From Cryomorphaceae bacterium (GTDB lineage Bacteria > Bacteroidota > Bacteroidia > Flavobacteriales > Schleiferiaceae): 64,000 nucleotides of DNA. Of this stretch, positions 36,730 through 46,878 are shown piece after piece. Below the pieces are notes generated by a model. It was given only the letters and a program-made list of their open reading frames with translations. It searched no databases and was not told the origin of the DNA. Numbering within the stretch: position 1 is the first letter of the stretch; the number at the start of each line of letters is the position of its first letter. Made by a program: the position numbers and the translations under genes. Location: the NCBI GenBank assembly GCA_038141825.1, contig JAYQIV010000005.1:31268-95267 (forward strand), given 5' to 3'.

Positions 36730-38123
36730 CAACAGCAGAACTTATTGCGCTGCAACGTGCGCACAAGCAAGCCCAGAGCGACACTACGGTCGCCTACAGA
36801 CTCAAAAAATTAAACCAATTACGCTCGGCACTCAAAGGCCCATGGAAAGAGCGATTGGAGCAAGCCCTGTGGGAAGATTTCAATAAGAATGCGGCCGAAG
36901 TCAATCTGACTGAGCTGCTTCCCACCTTGGACAACATCAAAATCATCCGCCAAAACTTGAAGAGATGGTTGGCCCCGCAGAAGGTGAAGACACCACTGCC
37001 ATTGTTGGGCTCGACTTCCTATACCAGAGCAGAGGCAAAGGGAAACACCTTGGTCATTGCACCATGGAACTACCCTATTTTTCTGTCGCTGCACCCGTTG
37101 TGCACCTCATTTGCCGCAGGAAATACGGTGATCTTGAAGCCGTCGGAATTGACGCCGAAGACCTCGGAGGCCTTGAAGACGTTGATAGAGGAAATCTTCG
37201 AACCGCAAGAATGTGCGGTGGTATTGGGCGGAGTGCCGGAATCTACGGAGCTTTTGGCCCAGCGGTTTGACCACATCTTCTTTACGGGCTCTACCCACGT
37301 AGGCCAAATCGTCATGAAGGCTGCAAGTAAGTTCTTGACGCCGGTTACGTTGGAATTGGGCGGTAAGAGCCCCACCATCGTGGACGCCAGCGCAAACGGA
37401 TACGAAGCTGGAAAACGTGTGGCATGGGCGAAGTTTACGAACGCGGGCCAAATCTGTATTGCTCCTGATCACGTATATGTACATCGGAGCCAATTAGATG
37501 CGTTCCGCAAAGGCGTTAAAGACGCCGTAAAACGCCACTACGGCGACGACCCTACCCAACACCCGGATTTCGTTCAGATCGTCAATCCTCGAAACTTTGA
37601 CCGCCTCAACAGCATCCTTGAAGATAGCAAGACCGAGGCAGGTATTGTAGATATGGGCGGTACGGCCAATGCGGAAGCTCGCAAAATCGCACCGACCATG
37701 GTAGTGGATCCACCGAGAAATGGTGCCTTGATGCGCGAGGAACTCTTTGGCCCGCTATTGCCGGTATTCAGTTATACGCATTTGGACGAGCCTTTGAAAG
37801 AGATTGGGACTAGGGAACATCCGCTTGTTGTGTATATCTATGCAAAATCCCGCAAAAACATCAACTACATCCAGCGTCACACCCGCGCCGGAGCTACGGC
37901 AGTAAATATGAGTCTGCTGCAGATTGCCAACAACTTCCTCCCCTTCGGCGGTGTCGGCCACAGCGGGATGGGCAAGACCAACGGCCACGCCGGCTTCTTG
38001 GAATTTACCAATACGCGCAGCCAATTCTACCAATGGGGCCCGCCCATCAACAACTTTATTGCCGCCCCTTATACCGCGGCGAAACGCAAAATCATCAACT
38101 TCCTGTTGAAGAATCTCTACTAG
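36726..38123 (+). CDS. Aldehyde dehydrogenase family protein (ALDH3-like)
   Basis: APWNYP, the catalytic region ELGGKSP...GQICIAPDHV, and PFGGVGHSGMG. Confidence 0.85.
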   Translation: MTTAELIALQRAHKQAQSDTTVAYRLKKLNQLRSALKGPWKERLEQALWEDFNKNAAEVNLTELLPTLDNIKIIRQNLKRWLAPQKVKTPLPLLGSTSYTRAEAKGNTLVIAPWNYPIFLSLHPLCTSFAAGNTVILKPSELTPKTSEALKTLIEEIFEPQECAVVLGGVPESTELLAQRFDHIFFTGSTHVGQIVMKAASKFLTPVTLELGGKSPTIVDASANGYEAGKRVAWAKFTNAGQICIAPDHVYVHRSQLDAFRKGVKDAVKRHYGDDPTQHPDFVQIVNPRNFDRLNSILEDSKTEAGIVDMGGTANAEARKIAPTMVVDPPRNGALMREELFGPLLPVFSYTHLDEPLKEIGTREHPLVVYIYAKSRKNINYIQRHTRAGATAVNMSLLQIANNFLPFGGVGHSGMGKTNGHAGFLEFTNTRSQFYQWGPPINNFIAAPYTAAKRKIINFLLKNLY

Positions 38124-38131
38124 CAAAAAAA

Positions 38132-38159
38132 ATCCCCGGGCTGCGCCCGGGGATTTTTC
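38132..38159. terminator. Bidirectional intrinsic terminator
   Basis: A8 - ATCCCCGGGC-TGC-GCCCGGGGAT - T5, between convergent genes. Confidence 0.8.
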
Positions 38160-38181
38160 TTCAGATAGCCTTGGTTCTGGC

Positions 38182-39114
38182 TTAACCTACTTGAACCAAT
38201 TCTACCTTAAAGATCAATGTTGCATTTGGAGGAATGACTCCGCCCGCACCTGAAGGACCATAGCCCAATTCCGACGGCACGATCAACGTCGCCTTAGCAC
38301 CTTCGTTCAACAGCTGGATACCTTCGTCCCATCCTGGGATCACTCGACCCACACCGATAGGAATTTCCAAAGGCGTACCGCGTGAGTATGAGCTATCCAC
38401 CACTACGCCATCGGCCAATTTCAATTCGTAATGCACCTTCACATTTTGTCCAGCCGTAGGCTTAGGCCCATTGCCTTCTTCGTGGATGATGTACATCAAA
38501 CCGCTGGCTGTCTTTTCAGCACCTGCTTTCAAATCAGCAATGGCAGCATCCGCAGCTTCTTGAGCGGCACGTGCAGCCTCTTCTGCGGCGCTGCGAGCTG
38601 TGGTGAACACAGATGATGCATCCCAAGCCTCAGCCTCGGCGCCAACGCGGACGATTTCTACGGTTTCCATCGTATCGCCTTGGGCCACAGCATCTACCAC
38701 ATCTTGTCCTTCCACCACGTAGCCGAAAACAGTATGCTTTCCGTCCAACCAATCTGTCGGTCCGTGGGTGATGAAGAATTGAGAACCGTTGGTGGCTGGC
38801 CCTGCATTGGCCATACTCAACGTTCCAGGACGGTTGTGTTTCAATTCTGGGTGGATTTCATCTTCAAACTGGTAACCTGGGCCACCTGCGCCAGTCCCTG
38901 TAGGATCGCCGCCTTGAATCATGAAATCTGCGATGACACGGTGGAAGGTCAATCCGTTGTAATACGGAGTACCTACTTCAGTCACATTATTTTCGAGTGT
39001 CCCCTCTGCCAAGCCGACGAAATTCGCCACGGTCATAGGAGTTTTCTCGTGTTCTAGTTTGATAGTGATGGCGCCTTTTGTGGTGCCAATTTTGGCATAA
39101 ATACCGTTTTCCAT
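38182..39114 (-). CDS. Dual-domain peptidyl-prolyl isomerase (cyclophilin N-terminal + FKBP C-terminal), no signal peptide
   Basis: Cyclophilin motifs are [25 protein letters not shown] and [18 protein letters not shown]. The FKBP part is [19 protein letters not shown]...[36 protein letters not shown]. Confidence 0.85.
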   Translation of the reverse strand: MENGIYAKIGTTKGAITIKLEHEKTPMTVANFVGLAEGTLENNVTEVGTPYYNGLTFHRVIADFMIQGGDPTGTGAGGPGYQFEDEIHPELKHNRPGTLSMANAGPATNGSQFFITHGPTDWLDGKHTVFGYVVEGQDVVDAVAQGDTMETVEIVRVGAEAEAWDASSVFTTARSAAEEAARAAQEAADAAIADLKAGAEKTASGLMYIIHEEGNGPKPTAGQNVKVHYELKLADGVVVDSSYSRGTPLEIPIGVGRVIPGWDEGIQLLNEGAKATLIVPSELGYGPSGAGGVIPPNATLIFKVELVQVG

Positions 39115-39133
39115 GAGGAATGATTTTAATGAA

Positions 39134-39153
39134 AAGGCCCCGCGTGGGGCCTT
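39134..39153 (-). terminator. Intrinsic terminator for the upstream PPIase gene
   Basis: On the minus strand, AAGGCCCC-ACGC-GGGGCCTT is followed by TTTCATT. Confidence 0.55.
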
Positions 39154-39161
39154 CCGGGGTT

Positions 39162-40271
39162 TTATTGTTCGATTCGAACGAGTTCTACATCAAAGACTAA
39201 TGAAGCGTTTGGAGGAATAACACCACCAGCACCACGTGAGCCGTAGCCCAAATAGGGAGGAATGATAAGCTTAGCCTTGCCGCCAACGTTCAATAATTGG
39301 ATACCTTCCTTCCAACCTTCAATCACACGAGCCATAGGACCGTATTGCATCGGCAGTGGCTCATAAGGCTCACGACGCGGATCGTAAGTACCGCCTGCTT
39401 GAGCAACTTCCTTGATAGAGCTATCGAATAAGGTACCGTCCATCAAGTAGCCTGCGTAATCCACACGCACCATCTGACCAAATTCAGGCTTAGGGCCATC
39501 ACCTACTGTTTCGATGATGTAACGCAATCCAGATTCTGTTTTCGTCGCTTCCGGGTAAGCTGCATCAATCTCCGCTTCGATGGCCGCAGCTTTCGCCTTT
39601 TTAGCATCTTCAACGCCTTGCTTCCCGTCCAAGAATGCCTGACCGGCATCCCACTTCTTAGCTTCACCACCCACACGGATGATTTCAACGTGATTCAATA
39701 CCACCTTCTCTACCGGACGGTCTGAGCCCATGCGCTCCACACCACCAATAGCCGTAACAATTTCCTGACCACTTAAGACTTGAGCGAAGACATTATATCC
39801 ACCGTCCAAGTGCGGCGTGGCATTGTGCGTAATGAAGAATTGAGATCCGTTCGTACCCGGACCAGCGTTGGCCATACTGACCACACCTGCCTTATCGTGT
39901 TTCAAGGTTTCTACGATCTCTTGTGGGAACTGATAGCCTGGACCTCCAGCACCTGTGCCGTCCGGATCACCACCTTGAATCATGAAATCTGGAATGACTC
40001 TGTGGAACAAGGTACCGTCGAAATAAGGCTTACCCTGAAACTTCTCCTCGGCCTCTGGGTGATTTCCCTCGGCCAAGGCAATGAAATTACCCGCCGTCAT
40101 GGGAACTAAATCCTCATGGAAGTCGATTAAAATATCGCCCATGGACGTTTCCAATTTAGCGTAAATACCATCCTCTAAAGTGATGGTCTCATCGTTTACT
40201 GTGACTTTATTTCCTCCACAACTCGCTAGAGTGAAGGCCGCGAATCCCGCGAAGAGCATGCTTCTCAACAT
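39162..40271 (-). CDS. Dual-domain peptidyl-prolyl isomerase (cyclophilin + FKBP) lipoprotein, paralogue of 38182-39114
   Basis: Lipobox [18 protein letters not shown]. It has the same cyclophilin motifs ([43 protein letters not shown]) and an FKBP tail ([12 protein letters not shown]...[24 protein letters not shown]). Confidence 0.85.
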   Translation of the reverse strand: MLRSMLFAGFAAFTLASCGGNKVTVNDETITLEDGIYAKLETSMGDILIDFHEDLVPMTAGNFIALAEGNHPEAEEKFQGKPYFDGTLFHRVIPDFMIQGGDPDGTGAGGPGYQFPQEIVETLKHDKAGVVSMANAGPGTNGSQFFITHNATPHLDGGYNVFAQVLSGQEIVTAIGGVERMGSDRPVEKVVLNHVEIIRVGGEAKKWDAGQAFLDGKQGVEDAKKAKAAAIEAEIDAAYPEATKTESGLRYIIETVGDGPKPEFGQMVRVDYAGYLMDGTLFDSSIKEVAQAGGTYDPRREPYEPLPMQYGPMARVIEGWKEGIQLLNVGGKAKLIIPPYLGYGSRGAGGVIPPNASLVFDVELVRIEQ

Positions 40272-40465
40272 ATCTATGTGATTTTTAAAGAGTCCCAAAG
40301 GTAAGCGGTATCCCGCAGAGAACACAGCGAAGGTTGTGTTAAAAACCAATAGGCTTCTCGAGCAGCAATTTTACTTGTTTGTTAATTAAATGTAAACTTG
40401 ATTTTGCTCCAATGTAAATTTTGTGTTAACTTAGTGCTATGCTTAACCCCTTAAAAGCAACAATC

Positions 40466-40975
40466 ATGAAAAATCTTTCGACCCTTATTCTTTCTGTAGC
40501 CTTTATTGGCACTGCTATGACTAGCTGTTCTGATGAGCGCGTGATGCCTAATGATACTGGCGCACAAGCCTTCATGCACAATACTACCTTCTTGGTCGAT
40601 GGGTTTGAAGTCTATAATCATGATCGCAAAACGACCAGCGAACTAACCCTAACATGTGATAGTATTTACATCACATTTGCCGAAAACAATATGTATATCA
40701 CCAAGGTGCTTTTCAACGCCAATGATCCAGAGCAGACCTATTATGATTACAGCACCATGGAAGTACAATACGGAAACGGTGCCTTCATGGGCGTATGGAG
40801 CAATCCTACCACCTTTATGGATGCCGTAGGATTTAGTAGAAACGGCACTACTGCTGGATTCGAACTATCTGGCGCAGATTGTACATCAGGGGAGTTCATG
40901 AGCCAATTCATTCGCATGACCGCAATGGACAAACATCCTAAAGCGGCTCTAGCCATCAGCGGCTTACCTGGATAA
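40466..40975 (+). CDS. Hypothetical lipoprotein
   Basis: Lipobox MKNLSTLILSVAFIGTAMTSC. The segment is AT-richer and no family was recognised. Confidence 0.5.
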   Translation: MKNLSTLILSVAFIGTAMTSCSDERVMPNDTGAQAFMHNTTFLVDGFEVYNHDRKTTSELTLTCDSIYITFAENNMYITKVLFNANDPEQTYYDYSTMEVQYGNGAFMGVWSNPTTFMDAVGFSRNGTTAGFELSGADCTSGEFMSQFIRMTAMDKHPKAALAISGLPG

Positions 40976-41456
40976 GACGAAGATCATAACGCAGCGGCGA
41001 TTGAGGCGGCACTTTGTCCAAATCACCCGCAATGCCATGTGCTAAAAACGAGGGGATGAGAACGAGTTTCACATCCCCTTCTTTCATTCCCTCTAAAGCT
41101 TCGTGTAAGCCCACTTCGACTTGACTATATCCAAGCTCAATGGTATCTCGATAACGCCCTACACCGCTATCGTCTAACAGGTATACTGTGGCTTCATATA
41201 CAATTCTATCGCCTATTTCCGCTGTCAAACCCTCGCCATCTACCACGGGTAATTCAAACATCCCGTAACCATTTGGCTCAATGCCTTCTAACTGGTGGCT
41301 TTCGATGTATTGATCGATCAATTGTCTTTCTTGTGCTAAATACATCCTATTTCGTTCCATAGGATCCATCACAGGACGCTCCTCCTGAACCTCGGCAGGC
41401 TGAACACAACTCGTCAACAGCCCGGCCATAAACAAAAGCGTTGCTCTTACGACCAC
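40956..41456 (-). CDS. FKBP-type peptidyl-prolyl isomerase lipoprotein (GldI-like)
   Basis: GTG start. Lipobox VVRATLLFMAGLLTSC, then an FKBP-like body (GDRIVYEATVYLLDDS...LHEALEGMKEGDVKLVLIPSFLAHG). Confidence 0.6.
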   Translation of the reverse strand: MVVRATLLFMAGLLTSCVQPAEVQEERPVMDPMERNRMYLAQERQLIDQYIESHQLEGIEPNGYGMFELPVVDGEGLTAEIGDRIVYEATVYLLDDSGVGRYRDTIELGYSQVEVGLHEALEGMKEGDVKLVLIPSFLAHGIAGDLDKVPPQSPLRYDLRLIQVSR

Positions 41457-42441
41457 GGCAAATGTGTTTTAGCATGTGCCAAGGCAGTGGCTATATCGGT
41501 ATCCAATCGACCGCCCGCAGCATTCTTGTGCCCGCCGCCATTAAACGAGGCTCGGGCCAGCTCATTCACATCCACCAATCCCTTGCTGCGGAGGCTGATC
41601 TTCACAATGCCTTCCTCTTCACGCATGAAACAAGCGATCTGAGCGCCGTCCACACTGAGACCATAGTTTACGAAACCTTCTGTGATACCTTTTTCGTATC
41701 CCAGGGCATCACACTGAGCTTTGCTCAAATACAAAAGCACTACCGCGCCATCCGCACTCGTTTCCATTTGTCCTAGCATCGTACCGAGAAGCTTTAAACG
41801 AGCGGCAGGTTGGCTATCAAAGATTTTATTTTGAAGCTGCTGACTCTCCACCCCTAAGTCGAATAGTTTGCCCGCTACTTCGTGGGTGCGCGAAGTCGTC
41901 GCGCTGAATTTGAAGCTGCCCGTATCCGTAACAATGCCCGTGTATAGAGGCATTCGGCGGATTCTTTATCTAGGAATTGGTCCCAAGTGTACATCGCACA
42001 GAACTCATAAATCATCTGACACGTAGAGCTCATGCCCGTATCGCTGTAGATGAAATCCGGCCAACTCTCGGGCTGCTGGTGATGGTCGATCATCACCTTC
42101 TTCGCCTGCGCAGCGCGGAGGGCTTCCTCCATATCGGCACTGCGGTGGTACGCGTTATAATCTAGATGAAAGATCATGTCCGCTGCTTCAATCTCGGCAT
42201 TGGCTGCCTTTTTCCCATCGCTGTAGATCATGACACGGTCGTTGCCGGTAAGATGCCAAAGGAATTTGGGGTAAGGATTGGGGACGATCACGTGGACTGT
42301 TTTGCCCAATTTTTCCAAAACGCGTTGCAAAGCCAATGCACTTCCCATGGCATCCCCGTCGGGATTCGTATGGTTGGTAATCACAATGCGCTGCGATTTT
42401 TCAAATTCCTCCGTGAAATTGTCGAGTCGGATTTCTTTCAT
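41447..42441 (-). pseudogene. nrnA: DHH-family bifunctional oligoribonuclease/pAp phosphatase NrnA, split by one frameshift
   Basis: The N-terminal ORF carries [11 protein letters not shown] and DHH (MIDHHQQ). The C-terminal ORF carries LYTGIVTDTGSFKFS and GGGHKNAAGG. The junction at about 41940-41965 reads ..ESAECLYT / LYTGIVTDTG. Confidence 0.75.
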
Positions 42442-42478
42442 TCTCTTGACTTATAACTACAAAGGTGCAGGAAAAGTG

Positions 42479-42486
42479 TACCTTTG
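42479..42486 (+). promoter_or_regulatory. Candidate Bacteroidota -7 promoter box (TAnnTTTG) for ndk
   Basis: TACCTTTG lies 29 nt upstream of the ndk ATG, in the divergent intergenic region. Confidence 0.3.
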
Positions 42487-42514
42487 CAATCCAAAAATCG
42501 AAAAAACTCAAAAC

Positions 42515-42934
42515 ATGGCAGGTACTAAGACCCTAACAATGATCAAACCTGATGCGGTTCGCAACGGACACATCGGTGCCATCTTGAACGACATCACTGC
42601 AGCTGGATTCCGCATCTCTGCAATGAAATTGACACAACTTTCTAAGGCTGATGCTGAAGCGTTTTACGCAGTTCACAGCGAGCGCCCATTCTTCGGTGAG
42701 CTTGTTGAATTCATGACTTCAGGCCCTATCGTTGCTGCAATCTTGGAAAAAGACAACGCTGTAGAAGATTTCCGTACGTTGATCGGTTCTACGAACCCAG
42801 CTGAGGCTGCTGAAGGCACTATCCGTGCGAAGTACGCGACTAGCATTGGTGAGAACGCTGTACACGGTTCTGATAGCGACGAGAACGCTCAAATTGAAGG
42901 CGATTTCCACTTTGCTGGCCGCGAGCAGTTTTAA
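42515..42934 (+). CDS. ndk: Nucleoside-diphosphate kinase
   Basis: [29 protein letters not shown]...[13 protein letters not shown]...NAVHGSDS. Confidence 0.9.
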   Translation: MAGTKTLTMIKPDAVRNGHIGAILNDITAAGFRISAMKLTQLSKADAEAFYAVHSERPFFGELVEFMTSGPIVAAILEKDNAVEDFRTLIGSTNPAEAAEGTIRAKYATSIGENAVHGSDSDENAQIEGDFHFAGREQF

Positions 42935-43037
42935 TTAGAATTTTTAGTTATTTTTGCCGTCCCCAATTGGGGCTAAGTGTCAACCTCTGGCAAAAGTTGT
43001 GAATGTTGGCTCATAGTGATTGTAAATTTTTTATACC

Positions 43038-43385
43038 ATGGATTTAGTCCAGTTCGTACAAAGCGAATTTGTAGAAAAGAAAGACCTTCCAGAATTTGGC
43101 GCTGGTGATACTATCACAGTATACATGCAGATTAAAGAAGGTGACAAAACCCGTACGCAGTTCTTCCGCGGCGTAGTATTGCAACGCAGAGGTTCAGGTG
43201 TTACTGAAACATTTACCATCCGCAAAATGAGCGGTAACGTAGGTGTAGAACGTATCTTCCCAGTAAATCTTCCAGCTATTGAGAAGATTGAAATCAACAA
43301 GAAAGGTAAAGTACGTCGCGCACGTATCTTCTACCAGAGAGAGCGTACCGGTAAAGCGGCTCGTATCAAAGAGCGTCGCTTCTAA
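43038..43385 (+). CDS. rplS: 50S ribosomal protein L19
   Basis: PEFGAGDTITVYMQIKEGDKTRTQFFRGVVLQRRGSGVTETFTIRKMSGNVGVERIFPVNLPAIEKIE. Confidence 0.95.
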   Translation: MDLVQFVQSEFVEKKDLPEFGAGDTITVYMQIKEGDKTRTQFFRGVVLQRRGSGVTETFTIRKMSGNVGVERIFPVNLPAIEKIEINKKGKVRRARIFYQRERTGKAARIKERRF

Positions 43386-43406
43386 ACCACAGAAGATTCA
43401 AATTGA

Positions 43407-43437
43407 AAATCCCCGGCCATTGGTCGGGGATTTTTTT
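43407..43437. terminator. Bidirectional intrinsic terminator
   Basis: AAAA-TCCCCGGCC-ATT-GGTCGGGGA-T7, between convergent rplS and the OmpA-family gene. Confidence 0.75.
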
Positions 43438-43438
43438 G

Positions 43439-45427
43439 TTACAAGGATTTTACTACGAAGACCGTTCGGCGGTTTTGCGCACGGCCGGCTTCTGTTTCAT
43501 TGGAGGCTACCGGCTTCGTCTCACCATAACCGCGTGAGCTGATGCGACTGGCATCAATGCCGTAGGATTTGATGGTCTCGGCCACACGGCGGGCACGGCG
43601 CTGGCTCAAGTCTAAATTGGCCCCAGCATCACCAACATTGTCGGTATGACCTTGAATCTCGACACGCAATGAGGGTGTCGCAGCCAAAAACTCCGAAAAC
43701 TCGGCGATCAGCAGTTCACTTTGGGCATCCAAACGATCCGATGCAGTCTCGAATAAAATATGCGGGATGGGATATGAGGCACCTGCGGCTAATTCGTCGT
43801 GCAACAACTCTACCTCTACCCTTGCCACCTCTTGGCCGATGCTCGGGGAGAGGCGCAATGGCGCAGCGCTAAATGCCGCTTTTTTGGCTTCCACCTTCAG
43901 GAGTACGTCGTTGGCTTCCTCTTTTTTCACCACGGCGGTAAATGAGCCGTTTTCTTCGTTCACCGCGAGGGTGGTCTCTTGGCCGGTTTTTGAATTCTTC
44001 AGTACGACTTTTGGTTCGTCGTCGGTGACGAAATCCGCAGTTTTTAATTGGCCCTTCACCAGCACCACCTCCTCAGGCTGAACCGCTTCGTAGAGGTCGA
44101 AATAGTAAATGTCCCAACCGTTGGCCGCATTGATCTTGTTCGTCGCAAAGTACGCCTGCTGCCCGTCCATGGTCACCATGAGGCCAATCTCGTCTTTATC
44201 AGTGTTGATGGGATAGCCCAAATTCTGCGGCTTGTCCCAACCGGCAGAACCGCGCACCGCTTTGATCTTGAATAAGTCGTACCCACCCATGCCTGGATGA
44301 CCGTCGCTCGCGAAATACAAGCTCTCGCTATCCGGATGGATGAAAGGACTCTTTTCATTCTTCTTAGTATTGACCGCAGGCCCCAAATTTTCGGGGGCAC
44401 CCCACTCGCCATCGGGCAATTTGTAGGCTCGGTAAATGTCCAATCCACCAAACCCTCCGGGGCGATCGCTGGTGAAGTAAAGCACGTCGCCATTGGGTGA
44501 AATACTTGGCTGACTCTCCCAATGCTTGTCCGTATTGATGCCCTCAGGGAATTTGCGAATGCCGTTCCACACGCCGTAGGTAAAGGTGGTATAGTACAGA
44601 TCACAAAACTGCTCGCCCGTGCGGTCGTCGCGCTCACAGATGGTAAATGCCATAAAGGTGTTATCCGCGGTCATGCTAGGGCCGCCTTCGTTGTATTGCG
44701 CGTTGAAGGGGTATTCTAGTGCCTCGCCTTCTTCCAGCTTCGGAAATCCCCCTGCTGTGGTGAGGGCTTTGGCCATGCTGAATTCTTCCACTTGACGGAG
44801 AGTTCCTGCGGGACCGTCGTATTTGTTTCGCTTTTGACTGCGTCTGGTAAAGTACAGTGCCGAGCCGTCGGGAGTTAATGCGGCCAAGTATTCGTCCCAG
44901 CGCGTATTTACATTTCGAGCAGGCTTGGGATCATATGGCACGGGACTATTGAAAAAGGTCTGCTTGATGTTGATTTCAGCCAACATGGCCTCCGCCTCTT
45001 TATCGTAGGCATATTCTCTATCCTCACGAGCGAGCCACTGCTCCAGGTATCGCTTGGCTTCTTCGGGACGTCCACCTTCTATGGCCAATGTACCTATCAT
45101 GAAAAGGAGTTCTGGCTTGTAGCCGGGACAGCGTTGTACCAATCGTTTCCAGCTGGCTTCTGCAATCTGTATCCTCCCCGTACGGATGCTCAATTCCCCT
45201 CGGAGATACAGCGCATGTTGATCGCTCTCGTTTTGGCGCAAGGCGGCACCGATATATACTTGGGCATTGGGATAGTCGCCCATGTTTATGGCGCGCAGGC
45301 CCTTTTCTATTTCTCTCGTTGGGCTTTTATGGTCATCCCCACAATAAGCACCAAGAGTTATTTTACCGGGCTGCGCTTGAAGTGCAATGCCGATGAATAG
45401 GAGTAGTAGACTGAGGGTATGGCGCAT
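43439..45427 (-). CDS. OmpA-family protein with TPR and PD40/WD40-like beta-propeller repeats
   Basis: Signal MRHTLSLLLLFIGIALQAQ, repeated ...YFTSDRPGGFGGLDIY.. type motifs, and a C-terminal OmpA domain (IQGHTDNVGDAGANLDLSQRRARRV...NRRTVFVV). Confidence 0.8.
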   Translation of the reverse strand: MRHTLSLLLLFIGIALQAQPGKITLGAYCGDDHKSPTREIEKGLRAINMGDYPNAQVYIGAALRQNESDQHALYLRGELSIRTGRIQIAEASWKRLVQRCPGYKPELLFMIGTLAIEGGRPEEAKRYLEQWLAREDREYAYDKEAEAMLAEINIKQTFFNSPVPYDPKPARNVNTRWDEYLAALTPDGSALYFTRRSQKRNKYDGPAGTLRQVEEFSMAKALTTAGGFPKLEEGEALEYPFNAQYNEGGPSMTADNTFMAFTICERDDRTGEQFCDLYYTTFTYGVWNGIRKFPEGINTDKHWESQPSISPNGDVLYFTSDRPGGFGGLDIYRAYKLPDGEWGAPENLGPAVNTKKNEKSPFIHPDSESLYFASDGHPGMGGYDLFKIKAVRGSAGWDKPQNLGYPINTDKDEIGLMVTMDGQQAYFATNKINAANGWDIYYFDLYEAVQPEEVVLVKGQLKTADFVTDDEPKVVLKNSKTGQETTLAVNEENGSFTAVVKKEEANDVLLKVEAKKAAFSAAPLRLSPSIGQEVARVEVELLHDELAAGASYPIPHILFETASDRLDAQSELLIAEFSEFLAATPSLRVEIQGHTDNVGDAGANLDLSQRRARRVAETIKSYGIDASRISSRGYGETKPVASNETEAGRAQNRRTVFVVKSL

Positions 45428-46878
45428 TATAAATCCTCTTGATCGACGACTTGGAACTTATCTTCTGTCAAGGCGATAATCGTACTTACCGAGGCATCAC
45501 CTGTGAGATTGAGTACCGTTCGAACCATATCGATGATGCGGTCTACTGGGAAGATGATGGCGATCCAAGCCGGGTTGAGTCCGACACTTTCAAGGATAGG
45601 GATCAACATAATCATACCTGCGGAAGGCACTGAGGCAGCACCAATAGAAGCGAGCGTAGCCGTGAAGATGATGGTGGCCTGCTGCGCTAGGGTGAGGTCG
45701 ATCATGTGGAATTGGGCCATAAAAATCACTGCAACCGTCTGGTACAGTGCTGTTCCATCCATATTGATGGTGGCACCTACCGGTAGCACAAACGAACCGA
45801 TCTCCTCATCCACACCGAGGTTGTCGCGCACACAGTCCATGGTCACCGGCAACGTGGCTGCCGTTGAAGAAGTGGAGAATGCCAACAATTGTGCAGGACG
45901 AATGCCGCGCATGAAATAGCCCCAGCTTTTCATGTAGCCCATACCCGTCTTTTTGTTGATTAGATAGGCTAAAACCGAAGGATAAAGCACTAAAATCATG
46001 AACAATAATCCCAAGATGGTGTACCCGGTATAAGCTCCGAGGGCTTTGAAAATCTCAACTAATCGGCCCGGCTCATCCCCGGCCATTGCCGCAAGTTTAC
46101 CTGCTAATAGTGCGAATACGAAAAACGGCGCGCCCTTCATTACCACATCAACCATCTTGATGAAGATGTCTGAGAATCCATTCATCAGCTTTGCCACGGG
46201 CTCCATCTGGGCGTTCGGCAACATCACCATGACAATACCAAAGAAGATGGCAAAGAAGATGACCTGCAACATCAGGCTATCGTTGAAAGAAAGGAAAATG
46301 TTAGAGGGAACCATGTCCACGAAGAATTGAAGCGGGCCGTCGTTCTTGGCGCTCTGAACCGCATTGGCTTTGGCCACCTTGGCATTGAGTTCCTCGTTAT
46401 TGAGCTGCTCCGCTAATGCTGCTTGTGCATCAGACATGTAGACTTGCATGGCAGGGTCCGCGAGTAATCGGACATCATCGAAGAATTCCACCCCTTCTGT
46501 GTCGTTCACCCACAATTCATAGGCCACACGGTTGATCTGCAGTTGTTCCTCTGAGGTTTGCTTTCCTGGGTTGAAGGTATTTGCGATGACCATACCCATG
46601 GAAGCGGCTAATACCGTCGATCCGATGTAGAGCGCAAGGGTCTTCACACCCATACGTCCAAGCGTTGCAGTATCACTTAAGTTCCCAATTCCCGCAATGA
46701 TCGAAAAGAGCACCAAAGGAATGGCGATGAGTTTGAGTAGGTTGATGAAAATCGTTCCGAATGGGGCAATCCAATCTAAGGTAAATTCACTCCAGCCCAT
46801 GGTTGAACTGAGCAATGCCCAAAGAATCCCAAGAATTAATCCAATAATGATCTGAACAGGTAAAGACGGTTTTTTCAT
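45427..46878 (-). CDS. Dicarboxylate/amino acid:cation symporter (DAACS family)
   Basis: MKKPSLPVQIIIGLILG..., SSTAATLPVTMDC, and NMDGTALYQ motifs. The start overlaps the aroC stop (ATGA), and the stop overlaps the OmpA-family start by 1 nt. Confidence 0.85.
   Translation of the reverse strand: MKKPSLPVQIIIGLILGILWALLSSTMGWSEFTLDWIAPFGTIFINLLKLIAIPLVLFSIIAGIGNLSDTATLGRMGVKTLALYIGSTVLAASMGMVIANTFNPGKQTSEEQLQINRVAYELWVNDTEGVEFFDDVRLLADPAMQVYMSDAQAALAEQLNNEELNAKVAKANAVQSAKNDGPLQFFVDMVPSNIFLSFNDSLMLQVIFFAIFFGIVMVMLPNAQMEPVAKLMNGFSDIFIKMVDVVMKGAPFFVFALLAGKLAAMAGDEPGRLVEIFKALGAYTGYTILGLLFMILVLYPSVLAYLINKKTGMGYMKSWGYFMRGIRPAQLLAFSTSSTAATLPVTMDCVRDNLGVDEEIGSFVLPVGATINMDGTALYQTVAVIFMAQFHMIDLTLAQQATIIFTATLASIGAASVPSAGMIMLIPILESVGLNPAWIAIIFPVDRIIDMVRTVLNLTGDASVSTIIALTEDKFQVVDQEDL

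Noticed and set aside
40389-40420. Direct repeat AATGTAAA occurring twice upstream of the lipoprotein and PPIase genes
   Set aside because: It is a short AT-rich repeat in an AT-rich intergenic region and is indistinguishable from chance.
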